Assembly (NCBI RefSeq): GCF_000009045.1
Contig: NC_000964.3
Location: 3,780,001 to 3,812,000 of the forward strand
Length of the DNA stretch: 32,000 nt
Origin: Bacillus subtilis subsp. subtilis str. 168
GTDB lineage: Bacteria > Bacillota > Bacilli > Bacillales > Bacillaceae
Direction of reading: 5' to 3'
Shown here: in pieces, positions 29,370 through 32,000 of the stretch
Position numbering within the stretch: position 1 is the first letter of the stretch
How the letters are laid out: every line of letters begins with the position of its first letter
Translations under genes and position numbers: made by a program
The notes under the pieces: generated by a model
Told to the model about the DNA's origin: nothing
Seen by the model: the letters and a program-made list of their open reading frames with translations, nothing else
The model's database searches: none

Positions 29370-29549
29370 GTCGAATGTCCTCCTTATGTAGCCTGATTGT
29401 CTTCTAGCGAAAAAAGCTTTCCACCCTAGCATGACCCATATATTGCTGTCATATGTAAATACTCAGATCGCTTTTTCTCCATAACTAGGATACCAACTTT
29501 TCGACAAATCGGCAACATAATGACATGATTCATTTGTTTCTTCTTTTTG

Positions 29550-29924
29550 TCAGTTAGACTTCAGGGGCAGATATTTTTTGACGGCGTCTCTGATTTCGTC
29601 GATGTCAAACGGCTTGGCAAAGTGCGTCAGAGCGCCCAATTCCTTCGATTCCTGGATCATGTCGAGCTCTCCGTATGCCGTCATGATAATGACCCGGATG
29701 TTTTCGTCAATGACCTTCATCCGTTTTAAGATTTCGATTCCGTCCATGCCGGGAATTTTCATGTCCAACAGCACAAGGTCGGGCCGTTCTTTTGTCACAA
29801 TGTCAAGCGCCTGCAGGCCGTTCGCAGCCTGAAACGTCTGGTAGCCTTCTTTATTGAACACTTCATTTAGCAAAATACGAATGCCGTATTGATCATCAAC
29901 GATTAAAATTTTTTCATTCATCAT
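29550..29924 (-). CDS. spo0F: Sporulation phosphorelay response regulator Spo0F
   Basis: 124 aa, receiver domain ILIVDDQYG...[11 protein letters not shown]...KP. Confidence 0.98.
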   Translation of the reverse strand: MMNEKILIVDDQYGIRILLNEVFNKEGYQTFQAANGLQALDIVTKERPDLVLLDMKIPGMDGIEILKRMKVIDENIRVIIMTAYGELDMIQESKELGALTHFAKPFDIDEIRDAVKKYLPLKSN

Positions 29925-29972
29925 TTTACACCCCAATATTATGATTTTCGTCAAAAGTAAGCAGTATTGTAT

Positions 29973-30000
29973 GTATTCTGTTTGATTTTCCTATTTCCTT
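29973..30000 (-). promoter_or_regulatory. Sigma-H promoter of spo0F with Spo0A-box-like sequences nearby
   Basis: Minus strand AAGGAAAT (30000-29993) and CAGAATAC around 29979-29972 give AGGANNT / GAAT; 0A-box TGACGAA at 29953-29947 and near-match TGTCGTA at 30028-30022. Confidence 0.72.
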
Positions 30001-30089
30001 TAATTATAATAGTCTACTTTACGACATTTTCTGAGCATTTTCTCTTTTGTTGTATACTGATATTGTACGTTATAAAGGAGGATTCACTT

Positions 30090-30611
30090 ATGTTGAAAAT
30101 ATTCACGACGCAGTTAACAGGTATTTTTTCCCGCATTCAGGATAAGGAATCTGACGCGATTGAAGATGGGGCGCGGCTGCTTGCTCAAGCGGTGATCAGC
30201 GGGCATTCCATTTATTTATACGGAGCGAATGAGCTTCAGGGCGTCTTTTATGAGGCCACCGAAAGCAAAGAACCCTTCCCATCTGTCAAAGCCTTTCCAG
30301 AAAACGCTGAGGAAGTGACAGAAAGCGACAGGGTGCTGATGTTTTGCTCAGGGACGGGCACAGCCGAAGAACAGGAGCTCGCAAAAGAGCTTTATGAAAA
30401 AGGTGCGGGAGTCGTATGCGTATCGCCCGCAGCCAAAGACAGTGCGGGAATAGAACAGTATTGTGATGTGCATATTGATTCTAAATTAAAAATGCCGCTT
30501 GTTCCCGATGAAGACGGCACCCGTTACGGGTTTCCCTCTTTAATGACAGCACTGTATGTCTATCACGCTTTATCGTTTACACTAAAAGAAATTCTGCAAG
30601 AGTATGCATAA
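30090..30611 (+). CDS. ywjG: DUF2529 protein YwjG (SIS-like)
   Basis: 173 aa from ATG 30090 with SD AAAGGAGG; divergent from spo0F. Confidence 0.87.
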   Translation: MLKIFTTQLTGIFSRIQDKESDAIEDGARLLAQAVISGHSIYLYGANELQGVFYEATESKEPFPSVKAFPENAEEVTESDRVLMFCSGTGTAEEQELAKELYEKGAGVVCVSPAAKDSAGIEQYCDVHIDSKLKMPLVPDEDGTRYGFPSLMTALYVYHALSFTLKEILQEYA

Positions 30612-30649
30612 TATCTTATTGTACATGCTGGAACTTGCCGGAAACAAAT

Positions 30650-30692
30650 AAAAAAGACTTGCCCGCTTTTGACAAACGGCAAGTCTTTTTTA
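30650..30692. terminator. Bidirectional terminator between convergent ywjG and pyrG
   Basis: AAAGACTTGCC-N14-GGCAAGTCTTT, 11-bp perfect stem flanked by A and T runs. Confidence 0.92.

Positions 30693-32000
<1,308 letters not shown>

Overview
The window is a conserved housekeeping and sporulation segment that I recognise by gene order and protein sequence as Bacillus subtilis or a very close relative. It runs from the 5' end of ywmB through ywzB, ywmA, the atp operon (atpC-D-G-A-H-F-E-B-I), upp, glyA, ywlG, rpiB, ywlE, mntP/ywlD, ywlC, ywlB, spoIIR, ywlA, ywkF, prmC, prfA, ywkD, racA, ywkB, maeA, tdk, rpmE, rho, glpX, murZ/murAB, tal, fbaA, spo0F and ywjG, and ends inside pyrG. Most genes are on the minus strand; ywmA, ywlA, ywkD, racA and ywjG are on the plus strand. 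I see no phage, transposon, CRISPR, tRNA or rRNA signal and no novel multi-gene system. The noteworthy signals are non-coding: a cluster of about 9 DnaA-box-like 9-mers at ywlC/ywlB; a strong hairpin whose 3' arm overlaps the mntP Shine-Dalgarno; a ~250-nt structured atp leader behind a near-consensus sigma-A promoter; a 10-bp hairpin between atpE and atpF; a Spo0A-box-like sequence inside the candidate fbaA promoter; a 19-bp dyad upstream of murZ; and sigma-H, sigma-F, 0A-box and PurBox sites at the expected genes. Start codons were trimmed from the ORF track using Shine-Dalgarno position.
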